A DNA stretch of 64,000 nucleotides from an uncultured delta proteobacterium (GTDB lineage: Bacteria; Myxococcota_A; UBA9160; UBA4427): the NCBI GenBank assembly GCA_963822965.1, contig CAWGJT010000014.1, forward strand, positions 192,001 through 256,000. Reading direction: 5' to 3'. Below, in pieces: positions 9,928 to 21,102 of this stretch; positions within the stretch are counted from its first letter, which is position 1, and every line of letters begins with the position of its first letter. A model generated the notes under the pieces. That model saw nothing but the letters and a program-made list of their open reading frames with translations. It made no database searches and was not told the DNA's origin. The position numbers and the translations under genes were made by a program.

Positions 9928-11113
9928 TCATTCTCCACCCCGTCGCAGCGCCTCGATCGGACGCAGACGCGCCGCCCGCCAGGCCGGGCCCACGCCTGCC
10001 CAGGCCGCCGATCGCGAGGGCGAGGCCCAGGGCCACGACCAGGTCGCCCGGCGCCACCCGCAGCGCCACCACGTTGGTGGTGAAGGTAGTCGCTCCGAAG
10101 GCCACGCCCCCGAGCCAGCGCTCGAGCCCGGCGGCGAGGGCGATCGAGACCGCCGCGCCCAGCAGGAAGCCCACCAGGCCCAGGCCCAGGGCCTCGGCCT
10201 CGAAGGCCAGCAGGATGGTGCCGCGTGAGAAGCCCATCGCACGCAGGGTGCCCACCTCGCGGGTGCGCGCGGCCACCGCCGCATACAGGGTGTTGGCCGC
10301 GCCGAACCCCGCGCCGAGGCCCGCCAGCACGGCGATCCCCACCACCAGGATGTAGAGGGCGTCGCTGCTCTCGGCCTGCTCCGCGTAGTAGGTGGTCTCG
10401 CGGGTGGCCTCCAGCGCGTAGCGCGGGTCGTCCTCGATACGCTCCTTCAAGCGCTCGAGGGCGGCCTCGGAGCGCGCCCGCAGGCGCACGCCGCTGTAGG
10501 GCATGCCGCGCCGGGCGTCGCGTGCCAGCTCCTCGACGTCCGCCCACACCTCGCTCTCGAACGACGAGCCCTCGGCCTCGAGGATGCCCACCACCCGCCA
10601 GTGCGAGCGGCCGAAGCGCAGCTCGCCGCCGAGGCGCGCGCCCTCGTAGCGGCCTACCAGGGCGCGACCGATCACCACCTCTCCCACCGACGGCACGAAC
10701 ATGCGACCCCGGGTGATCTTCACCTGGGGATGCACGCGCAGGGCACGCTCGTCGACCCCGCGCACGAGCACGTTCTCGCGGCCGCCGTCCGGCTTGTAGA
10801 GGAAGGGCTGAACGACGAGCTGGGGCGACACCAGGGGCTCGCCCGTCGCGTCGCGGGCGATGCCGTCGAGGAAGCGGATGGCCTGGTAGGCCTGGCGGGA
10901 GATCTGGCTCGCCCCGTCGTTGCTCGAGCCCTTGCGCAGCACCACCAGGTTGAGCGGCTCGCCGCTCTGCACCAGGGTGCGCTCGAGGCTCGAGAGCAGC
11001 CCCATCAGCAGGGTGCACGCCACCACCACCAGCGCGATCACGCTCGCCGTCAGGAACGTGCGCAGCGGACGCGCCGCGAGGTTGCGCCAGGGGTAGGAGA
11101 GGGGGAGGGACAC
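9928..11113 (-). CDS. ABC transporter permease (MacB/FtsX-like) 2, frameshift near 9995
   Basis: SYPWRNLAARPLRTFLTA; AARTREVGTLRAMGF; C-terminus GPAWRAARLRPIEALR in the adjacent frame. Confidence 0.88.
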
Positions 11114-11337
11114 GAGAACCTGTTTCGGGCAACGGCTCCTGTCGTCCGCCGACCGACCCCCGGCGGCGCTCCGCAGGGGACGGGAGCCGACGGGAGCCGA
11201 AGCATCGTAGCGAGACCCGGCCGGACGCGCCGAGCGCGAAATCAGCTCGACCTCGCGAGGCCGTTCGCGAATATCGTCCCCTCGGGCGCACCAGAACGCG
11301 TATGCTGGCACCCTCGTCCGGGGGGCTGGAGGTCCGC

Positions 11338-13076
11338 ATGCTGGGACGTCGCAGGAGCTGCTGCCGCGCGCTGTGCGCCGGCGTGGCGATTGCCCTCGCA
11401 GCGACGGCTGCCGCCGGGCAGGTGCTCGTCAACGAAGGCACCCGGGCGCCGGACGACGAGAGCATCTGCTGCTACGAGACCGCCACGGAGGACGGCCGGG
11501 AGTTCGGGGTCCGCAACCGCGGCTGCGACGGCTGGCCCGGCACCCCGTGTGCGTCCCCCGGCGTCGCCTCGGAGCTCTTCCAGAGCGACTTCGCCTATGC
11601 GCTCGCGGCCGCCGACACCTCATGGATCACGATCGTCGGGGGCGGGCTCGTGGGCTCGTTCTTCGAGGACGACATCCCGCGCGAGGTCGTCGCGTACGAC
11701 CGCTCGCGCGTCGTCGTGGTGGACGGCGACCTGTCGACGTCGCTGGGCCAGATCCAGACGCCGCCTCCGCCGGCGGTGGGCCGCCTCGTGGCGCGCGACA
11801 AGGCGACGGTCTGGTTCTACTCGGGCGACATCGGGGAGGGGGCCGTCGCGGAAGACCACGGCATCGTGCGGCTGCTGGGCGGGAGCCCGCGTCGCGCCAG
11901 CGCCTACGGCAGTGGGCGGATCGAGGTCTCGGGCAGCCAGTTCCTCCTGAGCGGGCAGGGCGGCGACGTGCCTGTGACCACCGGCAGCTTGAGCCCGCTC
12001 ACCGGCCGCCTGAGCGGCCTGTGGACGGACGGGCAGTTCTTCGTGATCGACTTCGATCGCGACAGCAGCGGCGAGATCGTGCTCCTGGATCCGGGGCTCG
12101 GCTGGCGGACCGCGCTGGTGCGGATCCCGGGGCCGCTCGCGCTCGAGGCTTCCACCGCGCCGAGCCCGCCCATCGTGCTCACCTACGTTCGGAACTCCGG
12201 CTGCGCCAGCGACTGGCCCAGGGCGATCCCGACGAGCCCTGCGCGGACCCCGGTGCGCCGAGCAATCTGGTCCTCGTGGATACGTCCGGCTCGGGGACCG
12301 CGCACCGGATCGTCGAGGTGCTCGATTCGTCCAGCCTCGTGGTGGACCGCTCGGCGCTCCTGGAGCTGCACGGCCACGATGCGGCGCGCCTCGAGATCGA
12401 CCGGGGGCTCGTGGGCGAGGTCTCGCTCGAGGGCGAGGCCAGCCTGGCGCTCGTCTACGGAGAGGTAGGAAACGGGCTCCGCGCAGCGGATGCGTCCTCC
12501 GTCATGGCAGAGGGCGCGACGGTCAACGGCGACACCAGGATCTCCGGGCAGGCTTCGATCGAAATGTCTGGCTCCTCTCTGGATCGGCTGCATCTCTCGG
12601 ACGAGGCGACGGGTGTCCTCGCGAGCGGTCCGGTGGAGAGCGTCTCCGTCGCAGACGATGCCGGCTTCACTCAACGGGAAGGAGGCATCTTCGGCGTGCT
12701 GACGGGATACGAGCGCGCTCGCATCGTCCTGTCCGGCGGCAGCTGCGGGACGCTCCGCTTGCTCCAGCAGTCTCGAGCTGTCCTGACCGGAGGCACCACC
12801 ACGAAGCTCTACGTCGACTCCGAGGCGCAGCTCGGGATCCACGGCTCGGGCTTCGCGTTGAACGGGGCGCCCGTGCCCTACGGCGTGCTCGACCCGCAAG
12901 CGGGCCAGCTGACCGGCGTCATGGCGAACGGCGATCCGCTGGACGCCGAGCTACAGCTTCCGAGTCGCTCCGATCCGGGCACGATCCGACTGTTGCCGGC
13001 CCCGGAGCCCTCGCCGTCGCAGCTCACCGCGGCGGCGCTGCTGGCGCTCGACCTGCTACGGCGACGACGTTCCTAG
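11338..13076 (+). CDS. PEP-CTERM-type surface protein with two tandem Cys-containing domains (frameshift near 12220)
   Basis: GGAGG RBS and signal peptide (GVAIALAATAAA). Repeated VRNxGC...PCAxPG motif. C-terminus PAPEPSPSQLTAAALLALDLLRRRRS. Confidence 0.75.
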
Positions 13077-14237
13077 AACACGCCCCGCAGCGTCTCGGCC
13101 ACGGGGCGGCGGGCGGCGCCCCAGGCCGGGACGGCGCCGGAGACGAGGCCCACGAAGAGAGCGAGCGCCAGGCCCTCGGCGACGACCTGTCCCGAGACCA
13201 CGAAGCCGCCCAGCACCCCCAGGCTGGGCACCCGGCCGGCCGTCTCGTGCAGCACCCGGGTGAGCGCCACCGCGAGGCCGACGCCCGGCGGCACCCGAGA
13301 GGCCCGCCAGCAGCAGGGTCTCGGAGAGCAGCAGCGCGAAGAGCCGTCCGCGGCCGAAGCCCAGCGCCTTCAGCATGGCGATCTCGCCGGCGCGCTCCCG
13401 GATCGAGAGCGAGGCGGTGTTCGCCGCGATGAAGACGATGCAGAGCGCCACCAGCCCGGTCACCGCCAGCAGGATCGTGAGGAAGCCGGAGAGCGAGCCG
13501 AGGAACGACGCGAAGAAGCTCTTCTCGGTCTGGGTGGTGGTGGGTGTGTCCGTGTAGCGGGTGATCTCGTCGACGGCCTCCATGACCCGGGGAACGTCCG
13601 CGGCGGTCTCGGCGCGTGCCCAGATGAGGCCGACGAAGCCGAGCTCGCGGCCCTGGGCCTCGAGGGCCTGGGACAGGTACTCGCGCTGGATCCACACCAC
13701 CGGCGATCCCGTCTGCGGAATCTCCCCCACCACGCGCAGGTCGAGCGAGACGCCCCAGAGGTCGCTGCGCAGGGTCACCCGGTCGCCCTTCTTCCAGCCG
13801 TAGCGCTCGAGGGTGGCGGGGCCCACCAGCATGCCGTCCCGATAGCGCCGGAACTCGGAGAGGATCTCGGGGTCGATGTGGTAGTCCGGATAGGTGCCGC
13901 CCACGTGGTCGGCCTCGACGGCGAAGCTCGGAAAGGTGACCTTGCCCGCTTCTTCGAAGGTGCCGCCGAACCACACCAGCCCCATGGCGTCGGCCACGCC
14001 GGGCAGGGAGCGTACCCGGCGCGCCAGCGAGACGGGCATCGAGTAGACGAGCCCGGCGCGGTTCACGATGGAGAGCCGCGTGTTGCTGGCGGCCCGGTCC
14101 AGGAAGGCGTCGAGACCCTCGGGCATGGTGAGGAGCAGGCAGACCAGCAGCGTCGCCAGGGCGATCGCGGTGGCCGTCAGCACCGAGCGCAGCTTGTTGC
14201 GCCCGACGTTCGCGCGCACCAGCGTGGCGCCGGTCAC
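13073..14237 (-). CDS. ABC transporter permease (MacB/FtsX-like) 1, frameshift near 13290
   Basis: RANVGRNKLRSVLTA; SIRERAGEIAMLKALGF; VPAWGAARRPVAETLR. GTGA overlap with the ATPase stop. Confidence 0.88.
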
Positions 14238-15022
14238 GAGTGGGGGACCTCGCCGGGCCCGCCGGACGCGGGGGCCTCGGGGACGCCGAGGGCCGCGCGC
14301 AGCGCCCGGGCCGCCTGCTCGGCCTCGGCGCCCGCGAGCAGCCGCCCCTTGTCGAGGTGGAAGACGCCGTCCACGTAGCGCAGCGCCCGCGGATCGTGGG
14401 TCACCATCACGACGCTCTTGCCCATCTCCTCGCGCAGGGTGCGCAGCAGGCCCAGCACCACCTCCGCGCCTCGCGCGTCGAGGTCGCCGGTGGGCTCGTC
14501 GGCCACGATCAGGTCCGGGTCGGTGACGATCGCCCGGGCGATCGCGACCCGCTGCTGCTCGCCGCCGGACAGCATCGAGGGCGTGTGGTCCAGGCGGTCG
14601 CCGAGGCCGACCACGCGCAGGGCGATCTCCGCGCGCCGCCGCCGCTCGTCGCGGCCCATGCGGTGCAGCAGCAGGGGCAGGGCGACGTTGTCCCGCGCCG
14701 AGAGCACCGGCATCAGGTTGAAGAACTGGAAGATGAGACCGACGTGGCCCGCGCGCCAGCGCGCCAGCTCGTCCTCGGAGAGGATGTCGATGCGCCGGCC
14801 ACCCACCCACACCTCCCCGCGGCTCGGGCGGTCGATGCCGGAGATCAGGTTGAGGAGGGTCGACTTGCCCGAGCCCGAGGGGCCCATGAACGCCACGAAG
14901 TGCCCCGCCTCGACCTCGAGGGACGCCCCGGCGAGTGCGTGCACCGCGGTCGCTCCCGCGCCGTAGACGCGGGAGACGTTGCGCAGCTCGATCAGGGGCT
15001 GGGCGGACTGGGGTCGGGCCAT
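14234..15022 (-). CDS. ABC transporter ATP-binding protein (MacB/LolD-like)
   Basis: Walker [10 protein letters not shown], signature LSGGEQQRV, Walker [13 protein letters not shown]. Confidence 0.95.
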   Translation of the reverse strand: MARPQSAQPLIELRNVSRVYGAGATAVHALAGASLEVEAGHFVAFMGPSGSGKSTLLNLISGIDRPSRGEVWVGGRRIDILSEDELARWRAGHVGLIFQFFNLMPVLSARDNVALPLLLHRMGRDERRRRAEIALRVVGLGDRLDHTPSMLSGGEQQRVAIARAIVTDPDLIVADEPTGDLDARGAEVVLGLLRTLREEMGKSVVMVTHDPRALRYVDGVFHLDKGRLLAGAEAEQAARALRAALGVPEAPASGGPGEVPHS

Positions 15023-17364
15023 CGGGGGTACCCGGAGTGTACCGGCCCGGGATGGCCCCACGGCCCCGGGCAACCGGGGTGCCCGCGTCCCCCGTGGCTC
15101 CAGGCTGCGCCCCACCCCGGCGGGCACTCGCCCGGGGGTCCGGGAGGTGTCGGCGGCTCGCCGGGCCGATGGTGCGGCCCGGGCGCCGACGCGTGCCGCT
15201 CGTCCACCGCGAAGTCGAGGACCAGCCCGTACTGCCCGTCGCTGATCTCGAAGCGCGTGTCGCCGAAGTCGGCTCGCACGAAGGGGTTGTCGAAGCGGGG
15301 GTAGTCGGTGAGCGGCTGCTCCTGTCCGCGAACGACGAGCGGGGCGTGCCAGCCGAAGGTCATGAGCCCCTGGCTCGGCGACTCGTAGGAGACGTCGTAG
15401 CCGTCGGGAAGCCCGTTGCCGTCCTGGTCGGGCACGGCCGTCGTCACGACCGGGGCCGCCTCGCACGCCGCCACGAACTCCTCGAAGGGCCCCGACTCGG
15501 ACAGGCTGCCCATCTCGAGGATGAACACGTTCTGCGCGAAGTAGGGCGCCACCAGGTCGAAGGGCTCGTCGCCGTTCTCGAACACCTCGGGCTGACCCAG
15601 GCGCCAGCCGAACACGTTGCGCGAGTAGAGGGCGACGTAGGCCTCGTCCTTGCGGCCGAAGATCCAGTTGCGCTCCTTCACCACCTCGTCGAAGTGGGCG
15701 ACCGGGAAGTAGGCGTGGGTCTCGTCGCGATAGACGAGGCCGAGCTGGGCGACGGGCGCGTACTGGGGGGCGTAGAGCACGATGGCGACGTTCTCGTGCT
15801 GGGCGGCCCGGGGCTCGGCGCCGTTGCCCGTCCAGTAGCCCGGCCCCGGCTCGTCCTCCCGCTGCCAGTTCCAGTCCGGCGGCGGCGTCCCGCCCAGCTC
15901 CACCGGCCGGTAGGTCGGGTGCTGCGGGAACACGACGGTGCTCTCTCCCAGGGTCGCCTGGACGATGTGGGTCTGGGCGCCGCGCAGCCCCTTCCGGTAG
16001 TCCTGGGCGGTCGAGAGCATGTAGTCGCGGGTCCGGTACGTGTAGGTGTTCACCTCGTTCAGCACCGCGGCGTTGATGGCCCGCCACAGCAGCACGAGGA
16101 AGGGGCGCGCGTTGGCGACGGTCTGCTCCAGGTCGCCTTCCACCCAGACGAGGTCGCGAAGCAGCTTGAAGTCGGCGAACTGGGAGGCCCACAGGTTCTC
16201 CCGCTCGCCGACCTCGAGGGTGAGCGGAACCATCGACCAGACGGACTGCGTGCCCGCCGACCACCAGAAGGGCAGGTTCGCCTCGTCGCTGAAGTCGAGG
16301 CCCTCGGGCGCCGGGGGTGGCGCCACGGTCGGGTCCGGGTCGGGCTCCTCGGCCACGTACAGGTTCATGCGCTGGCGGTCCACCATCGGCTCGTCGTAGC
16401 GCGCGATCCGTCGGATCACCTCGGGGAGGCGGTACTTCCGCGCCCGGGCCAGCAGCGTCGCGTCTGCGGCCGAGGCGCTCTGGTAGGGAAGGGGCGTGTC
16501 GTCGAAGAGCATCTTGCTCGAGTGGAAGTTGTCCTGCCGGAGGGCGGTCGCCTTGTCCTTGATGTAGGAGCGGCCGTGGGTGGCGCCGAAGTTGCCCCGG
16601 TGCAGGTGGAGGGCCACGTCGAGGAAGACGAGGTCGAGCACCATCGCCGCCCGCTTCGCGACCACCTCGTCCTCGGCGAGCTCCACCAGCGTGAGCAGGG
16701 GCGTGATGTCCTTCTGGTAGTAGACGTCGGAGTGCCACTCGGTGAAGCCGTAGCGCGCGCGCTCGTCGAGCCAGTGGAGGATCGCTTCGCGTGCCCTCGC
16801 CTGGTGCCAGGCACCGTTCATGCCCGTCACCGTGAAGGTGCGGTCCTTGAAGCGTTGGCCCGCCAGGTACTCGTTCACCCGGAAGAGCAGCACGTGGTTC
16901 TCCGACCAGTACCACATGGCGTCGACCACCGGCTCGCCGTCCACCACCCGGTCCGGCGTGGGGTCCGTGTACCAGTACTTGAAGTCGAGCACCGCCTGGC
17001 GGGCCTTCTCCCACAGCTCGGGGCTGGCGGCCGGGTCACCGTCGAACGCGTAGAGCATGTTCATCAGGTACAGCAGGTCGAAGTCGCTGGTGTCGCGCAG
17101 CCGGTACAGCTTGTCGAAGACCCCGTCCCAGGCGTCCGCCGGGATCGTGCCGTCGGAGAGCGCGTAGTGGGGATCGCGGCGCGCGCGCTCGAGATGGTTC
17201 AGGCAGTTGAGGATGCTCCCGGTCTGGATGGGTTCGCTCGTGGCGAACCCGAGATAGTCCAGCTGCCGCTCGCGGAGCTCCTGGCGCGGGAAGAAACCGT
17301 CGCCGCAGGCGAGGGTCGCGACGGCGAGCAGCAGCACGAAGCATCGGAACGGCACGGAGCGCAC
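14992..17364 (-). CDS. Large hypothetical lipoprotein (~790 aa)
   Basis: Lipobox-like LLLAVATLA-C; aromatic-rich segments WYWSENH, FTEWHSDVYY, GATHGRSY; DQDGNG motif; Pro/Gly/His-rich tail. Start is approximate. Confidence 0.75.
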   Translation of the reverse strand: MRSVPFRCFVLLLAVATLACGDGFFPRQELRERQLDYLGFATSEPIQTGSILNCLNHLERARRDPHYALSDGTIPADAWDGVFDKLYRLRDTSDFDLLYLMNMLYAFDGDPAASPELWEKARQAVLDFKYWYTDPTPDRVVDGEPVVDAMWYWSENHVLLFRVNEYLAGQRFKDRTFTVTGMNGAWHQARAREAILHWLDERARYGFTEWHSDVYYQKDITPLLTLVELAEDEVVAKRAAMVLDLVFLDVALHLHRGNFGATHGRSYIKDKATALRQDNFHSSKMLFDDTPLPYQSASAADATLLARARKYRLPEVIRRIARYDEPMVDRQRMNLYVAEEPDPDPTVAPPPAPEGLDFSDEANLPFWWSAGTQSVWSMVPLTLEVGERENLWASQFADFKLLRDLVWVEGDLEQTVANARPFLVLLWRAINAAVLNEVNTYTYRTRDYMLSTAQDYRKGLRGAQTHIVQATLGESTVVFPQHPTYRPVELGGTPPPDWNWQREDEPGPGYWTGNGAEPRAAQHENVAIVLYAPQYAPVAQLGLVYRDETHAYFPVAHFDEVVKERNWIFGRKDEAYVALYSRNVFGWRLGQPEVFENGDEPFDLVAPYFAQNVFILEMGSLSESGPFEEFVAACEAAPVVTTAVPDQDGNGLPDGYDVSYESPSQGLMTFGWHAPLVVRGQEQPLTDYPRFDNPFVRADFGDTRFEISDGQYGLVLDFAVDERHASAPGPHHRPGEPPTPPGPPGECPPGWGAAWSHGGRGHPGCPGPWGHPGPVHSGYPRWPDPSPPSP

Positions 17365-17683
17365 GGTGGGGAACCTCCAGCGGGAGCAGCGCTCCAGAAT
17401 AACCCGGGATCGGGGTCCCACGGAAGCGAAAAGGGCAGGCGGCGCGTACGGATACGCGCGCCTGAGGCCGCGGCGGTGGCGCATCCGGCCGCGTGCGGAT
17501 GGCGCCGATTGTGCCATTCTCGGCGCCCGCGCTGGCGCCCCGAGCCCCGTGCGACGCGCGAATCCGCTCGATCCGGGTGCCGCTGCGGCGATCGTGGCCC
17601 GGAACTCCGCCCGGAAGGCGGGACGAGGCGCGCGCGCGGACTACACTCGCGGCCGGTGCTCAAATGCTTGAAATGGGAGATCC

Positions 17684-18466
17684 ATGAGTCGATTCATTCC
17701 GATCGCGATCCTGATCGTCCTGTGCGTGCTCCTTCTCGCCACCCAGGGGTGCGTGGTGATCGAGGATGGCGAGGTCGGCGTCGCGAAGAGCTTCGGCTCC
17801 ATCGCGGACGAGCCGGTGGATCAGGGGGTGCACATCCAGATCCCGGTGGCCCGCATCATCGAGACCTGGAACATCAAGCTCCAGGAGCTGAAGGAGACCG
17901 CCCAGGTTCCCTCCTCCGAGGGGTTGATCGTGGGCCTGGACACCTCGCTGCTCTTCCGGGTGATGCCCGAGCAGGCGCCGCAGATCCGCAAGACCGTCGG
18001 CGCTGACTACATGCAGGTGCTCGTCATCCCCTACTTCCGGAACGCCGTGCGCGACGTGGTGAGCGGCTACCAGGTCAAGAACATCTACGCGGAGGTGGGC
18101 CGCAAGCAGATCGCGGCCAAGATCAAGGAGTTCCTCCAGGAGAATCTCGAGCCCCGCGGCATCAAGGTCGAGGACGTCCTGCTGCGCGACGTGAAGCTCC
18201 CAGAGCGGTTCCGCGACAGCATCGAAGCCAAGCTCACCGCCGAGCAGCAGGTGCAGCAGAAGGAATTCATGCTCGAGCAGGCGCGCAAGGACGCCGAGAT
18301 CGAGGTGGCGCGCGCCGAAGGCGCCGCCAAGGCCCAGGAGATCGTGCGCTCGACCCTCTCGGACTCCTACCTGCAGTACCTGTGGATCAAGACCCTGAAC
18401 GAGAACCCGAACGTCATCTACGTCGCCACCGAGGCGAACATGCCGATCTTCAAGACGGTGAAGTAG
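17684..18466 (+). CDS. SPFH/prohibitin (band 7) family protein
   Basis: N-terminal TM, GEVGV, NAVRDVVS, VEDVLLRDV, coiled-coil AEIEVARAEGAAKAQ. Confidence 0.9.
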   Translation: MSRFIPIAILIVLCVLLLATQGCVVIEDGEVGVAKSFGSIADEPVDQGVHIQIPVARIIETWNIKLQELKETAQVPSSEGLIVGLDTSLLFRVMPEQAPQIRKTVGADYMQVLVIPYFRNAVRDVVSGYQVKNIYAEVGRKQIAAKIKEFLQENLEPRGIKVEDVLLRDVKLPERFRDSIEAKLTAEQQVQQKEFMLEQARKDAEIEVARAEGAAKAQEIVRSTLSDSYLQYLWIKTLNENPNVIYVATEANMPIFKTVK

Positions 18467-18494
18467 CCCGAATTCCCTCGTCCCCGCCGCCCGG

Positions 18495-20376
18495 TCAGTG
18501 GATCGGCGGGGGCGGACCGGGTAGGGGAGGCGTGCCGGCGACCACGTCGGGTGTGCCGTGCTCGCGCTGGTAGAAGCTGATGATGTCGCGGTACTGCACG
18601 TGCCCGAGCAGGTGCTTGGCGCCCTTGCGGATCTCCACGATCGGAATCTTGTCGAACTCGCGATCCGCGAAGAACTCGAGCGCGCGGATCAGGTTGTCGT
18701 CGGGCGTCAGGTAGGTCGTCTGACGGTTCACGAGATCGTGCGCCAGCACCAGCGTGCCCAGGTGCTCGAGATCGTCGCGGTCTCCGAGATCGTTCAGGGA
18801 GACGAGTCCGGCGAGCTCTCCCTTGTCGTTCTGCAGCACGAGATCGGTCTGGCCGGTGTCCCGGGCCACGGCCTCCATCTGCTGCAGCGGCAGGTCGACG
18901 GGGATGATCGCGTTGTGGTCGTAGATGCCCCGGGTGGCGTCGCGGATCGTCACCCGCTTCAGGACGTTCGGGTTCATCTCCCACAGGTGGGCCCGGGAGA
19001 AGAACTTGTTGTCGACCTGGGTGGTGTAGATCGACCAGCGTCGCGACGTGACCAGGGCGACGGTGGCGACGACCATCAGGGGCGGGAGCAGCTCGTAGGC
19101 GCCCGTCAGCTCGCACACCATCATGAGTGAGGCGATGGGCGCGTTCGCGACACCGGCGAAGAAGGCGCCCATGCCGACCACCACGTAGGGGGTCGCGTCG
19201 GGCACCAACGCCGGGAAGAGCTGGTGGCTGACGCTGCCCACGCAGCCCCCGAGCATGGCGCCGATGAAGAGGCTGGGGGCGAACACGCCGCCGGAGCCTC
19301 CCGACGAGATCGTGAACGAGGTGGTGGCGATCTTCAGCACCGCCAGCAGCAGCAGGATCCCCGCCGTCGCGTGCAGACCGTCCACGGTGCCGCCGGAGAT
19401 CACCTGCTGCACGTATCCGAAGCCCTGGCCGAGCACCTGGGGATAGAAGAAGCCGATGGCGCCCACCATCAGCCCGCCGATCGGGGGGACGAGGTACTTG
19501 TTCACCGGCAGCCGATCGAAGAAGTACTTCTTCGAGCCGTGCATCAGGCGGACGTAGAGATAGCCCGAGGCCGAGCAGAAGAGCCCCAGCACCGCATAGA
19601 AGAGGAGCTGCACGGGGGACTGGAAGGCTTCGCCGCCGAAGCCGAAGACGTGGGTGAAGCCCTTGACGGAGCAGAAGACCGTGTAGGCGGTGACCGAGGA
19701 GAGGATCGCGGGAGTCAGGGCGTCGGTCTCGATGTCCTCCTTGTAGAGCACCTCGACGGCCGTGAGCGCGCCGCCGAGCGGCGCGCGGAAGATGGCGCCG
19801 AGACCGCCGGCGGCGCCGGCCACCATCATCGTGCGGCGGGCGCGCGCGCCCATCTTCAGGTACTGGCCGAGCGCCGAGCCGATGCCGGCGCCGATCTGGG
19901 CGATCGGCCCCTCCTTGCCGGCGCTTCCCCCGGAGGAGAGGGTCGCGATCGTCGCCAGCGACTTGATGAGCGGCACGCGCCTGCGCATGGAGCCGCCCTT
20001 GTTGTGGAAGGCGTCGATGTAGCCGTCGGTGCCCGTGCCCTCCGCCTCGGGCGCGAAGGTCCGGACGAGCAGACCCGAGATCAGACCGCCGGCGACGGGC
20101 AGCGCGACCAGCAGCCAGCGACGTAGCGGGGGCCGGCGGGAGCGGTCAGGTCCGTCGGCTCGCCCGCCGGCTGCGGGATCGTCGAGATGGACCCACGAGT
20201 TCATCGTGACCTGGACGGCCATGTGGAGCAGCTCGTTGAAGAGCCAGGGCGCCGAGCCCGGCCAGCAGCCCGATGATGATCGAGTAGAGGTAGATGGTCC
20301 GGGTGTTGATGTCGGTGAAGAGCCCCCTCAGGTCGAACGCTTTTCCCAAGACCCGTCTCCAGCGTGTTCCAGCCAT
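18495..20376 (-). CDS. CLC chloride channel/antiporter with C-terminal CBS domains (frameshift near 20245)
   Basis: EGTGTD, GGSAGKEGP, GGSGGVFAP, WSIY. CBS-like C-terminus. N-terminus is in ORF 20146..20427. Confidence 0.9.
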
Positions 20377-20685
20377 GAAGCGTGCGATGAGGGCGCACCC
20401 TCGCCGGAAGGGCCCCATCCGGGGCACGTCGTGCCGGGGTCGCGCCGAAGGCCCGCAACGTTACCCGAGCGCGTGGGGGAGTGACAGCTCCACACCCGAC
20501 GGCGGAGGCAGCACCGTCCCGATCGCCCGGAACGGCGCCCTCCGACCGGTCTGCGATGGCGAGGAGGTGGCGGCGCGATCGGCGCGGGTTCCAGAAGGCG
20601 GTCCCGAAGCGGGCCGAAGCCGGCGAGGTGGCGCCGGCCGGGCTCGCGCGCCGGGCGCGGATCGCGTCCGCGCCGTCCGTGGACA

Positions 20686-20707
20686 ATTGACTCTTTTTGG
20701 TGTCAAT
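20686..20707. promoter_or_regulatory. AT-rich palindromic operator candidate between the divergent clc and hydrogenase genes
   Basis: ATTGAC-N10-GTCAAT in a GC-rich intergenic region. Confidence 0.45.
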
Positions 20708-21102
20708 CGCGCTCGTCGCGAAGCGAGGCCGCGCCCGGTCCCACCGCGTCCCCGTCGATCCGGTCGGGGCCCACCCGATCCCATCCCGTGAGAGTCGTCT
20801 CGGCCGAGCGACGGGTGGGACCGCGGGCGCGGCTTCGGCGCGCATGCATGTGGGTGCACTCCACCACTCCCTGCGCGAATAGCAAACAGCGTGTCATGCA
20901 ACCGGAAGCCAGCAGATCCGGTCGGTGTGTTCCGAAATGACACGACATCGACGCTCGCTGGGGCGCTCCGACACATTCGCCCCAACGTGTCTTCCGAGGT
21001 CGTCGCGGGTGCGCCGGTGACTCGTTTGCGCGTTGCCCGAGACCCGGAGCGAGGCGCGCTCTAGAATCTCGACATCGATCACCAGCTTCCAGGGAGGTTG
21101 TG

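Noticed and set aside
20377..20560. Fluoride riboswitch upstream of the CLC gene
   Set aside because: Only a loose GGCGA...CGCC resemblance, with no GCTGATGAC-type 3' element. The CLC has GKEGP rather than the fluoride-type GREGT.
21015..21030. Sigma-54 promoter for the hydrogenase (GG-N10-GC)
   Set aside because: The spacing fits but the match to TGGCAC-N5-TTGC is weak, which is not significant at this GC content.
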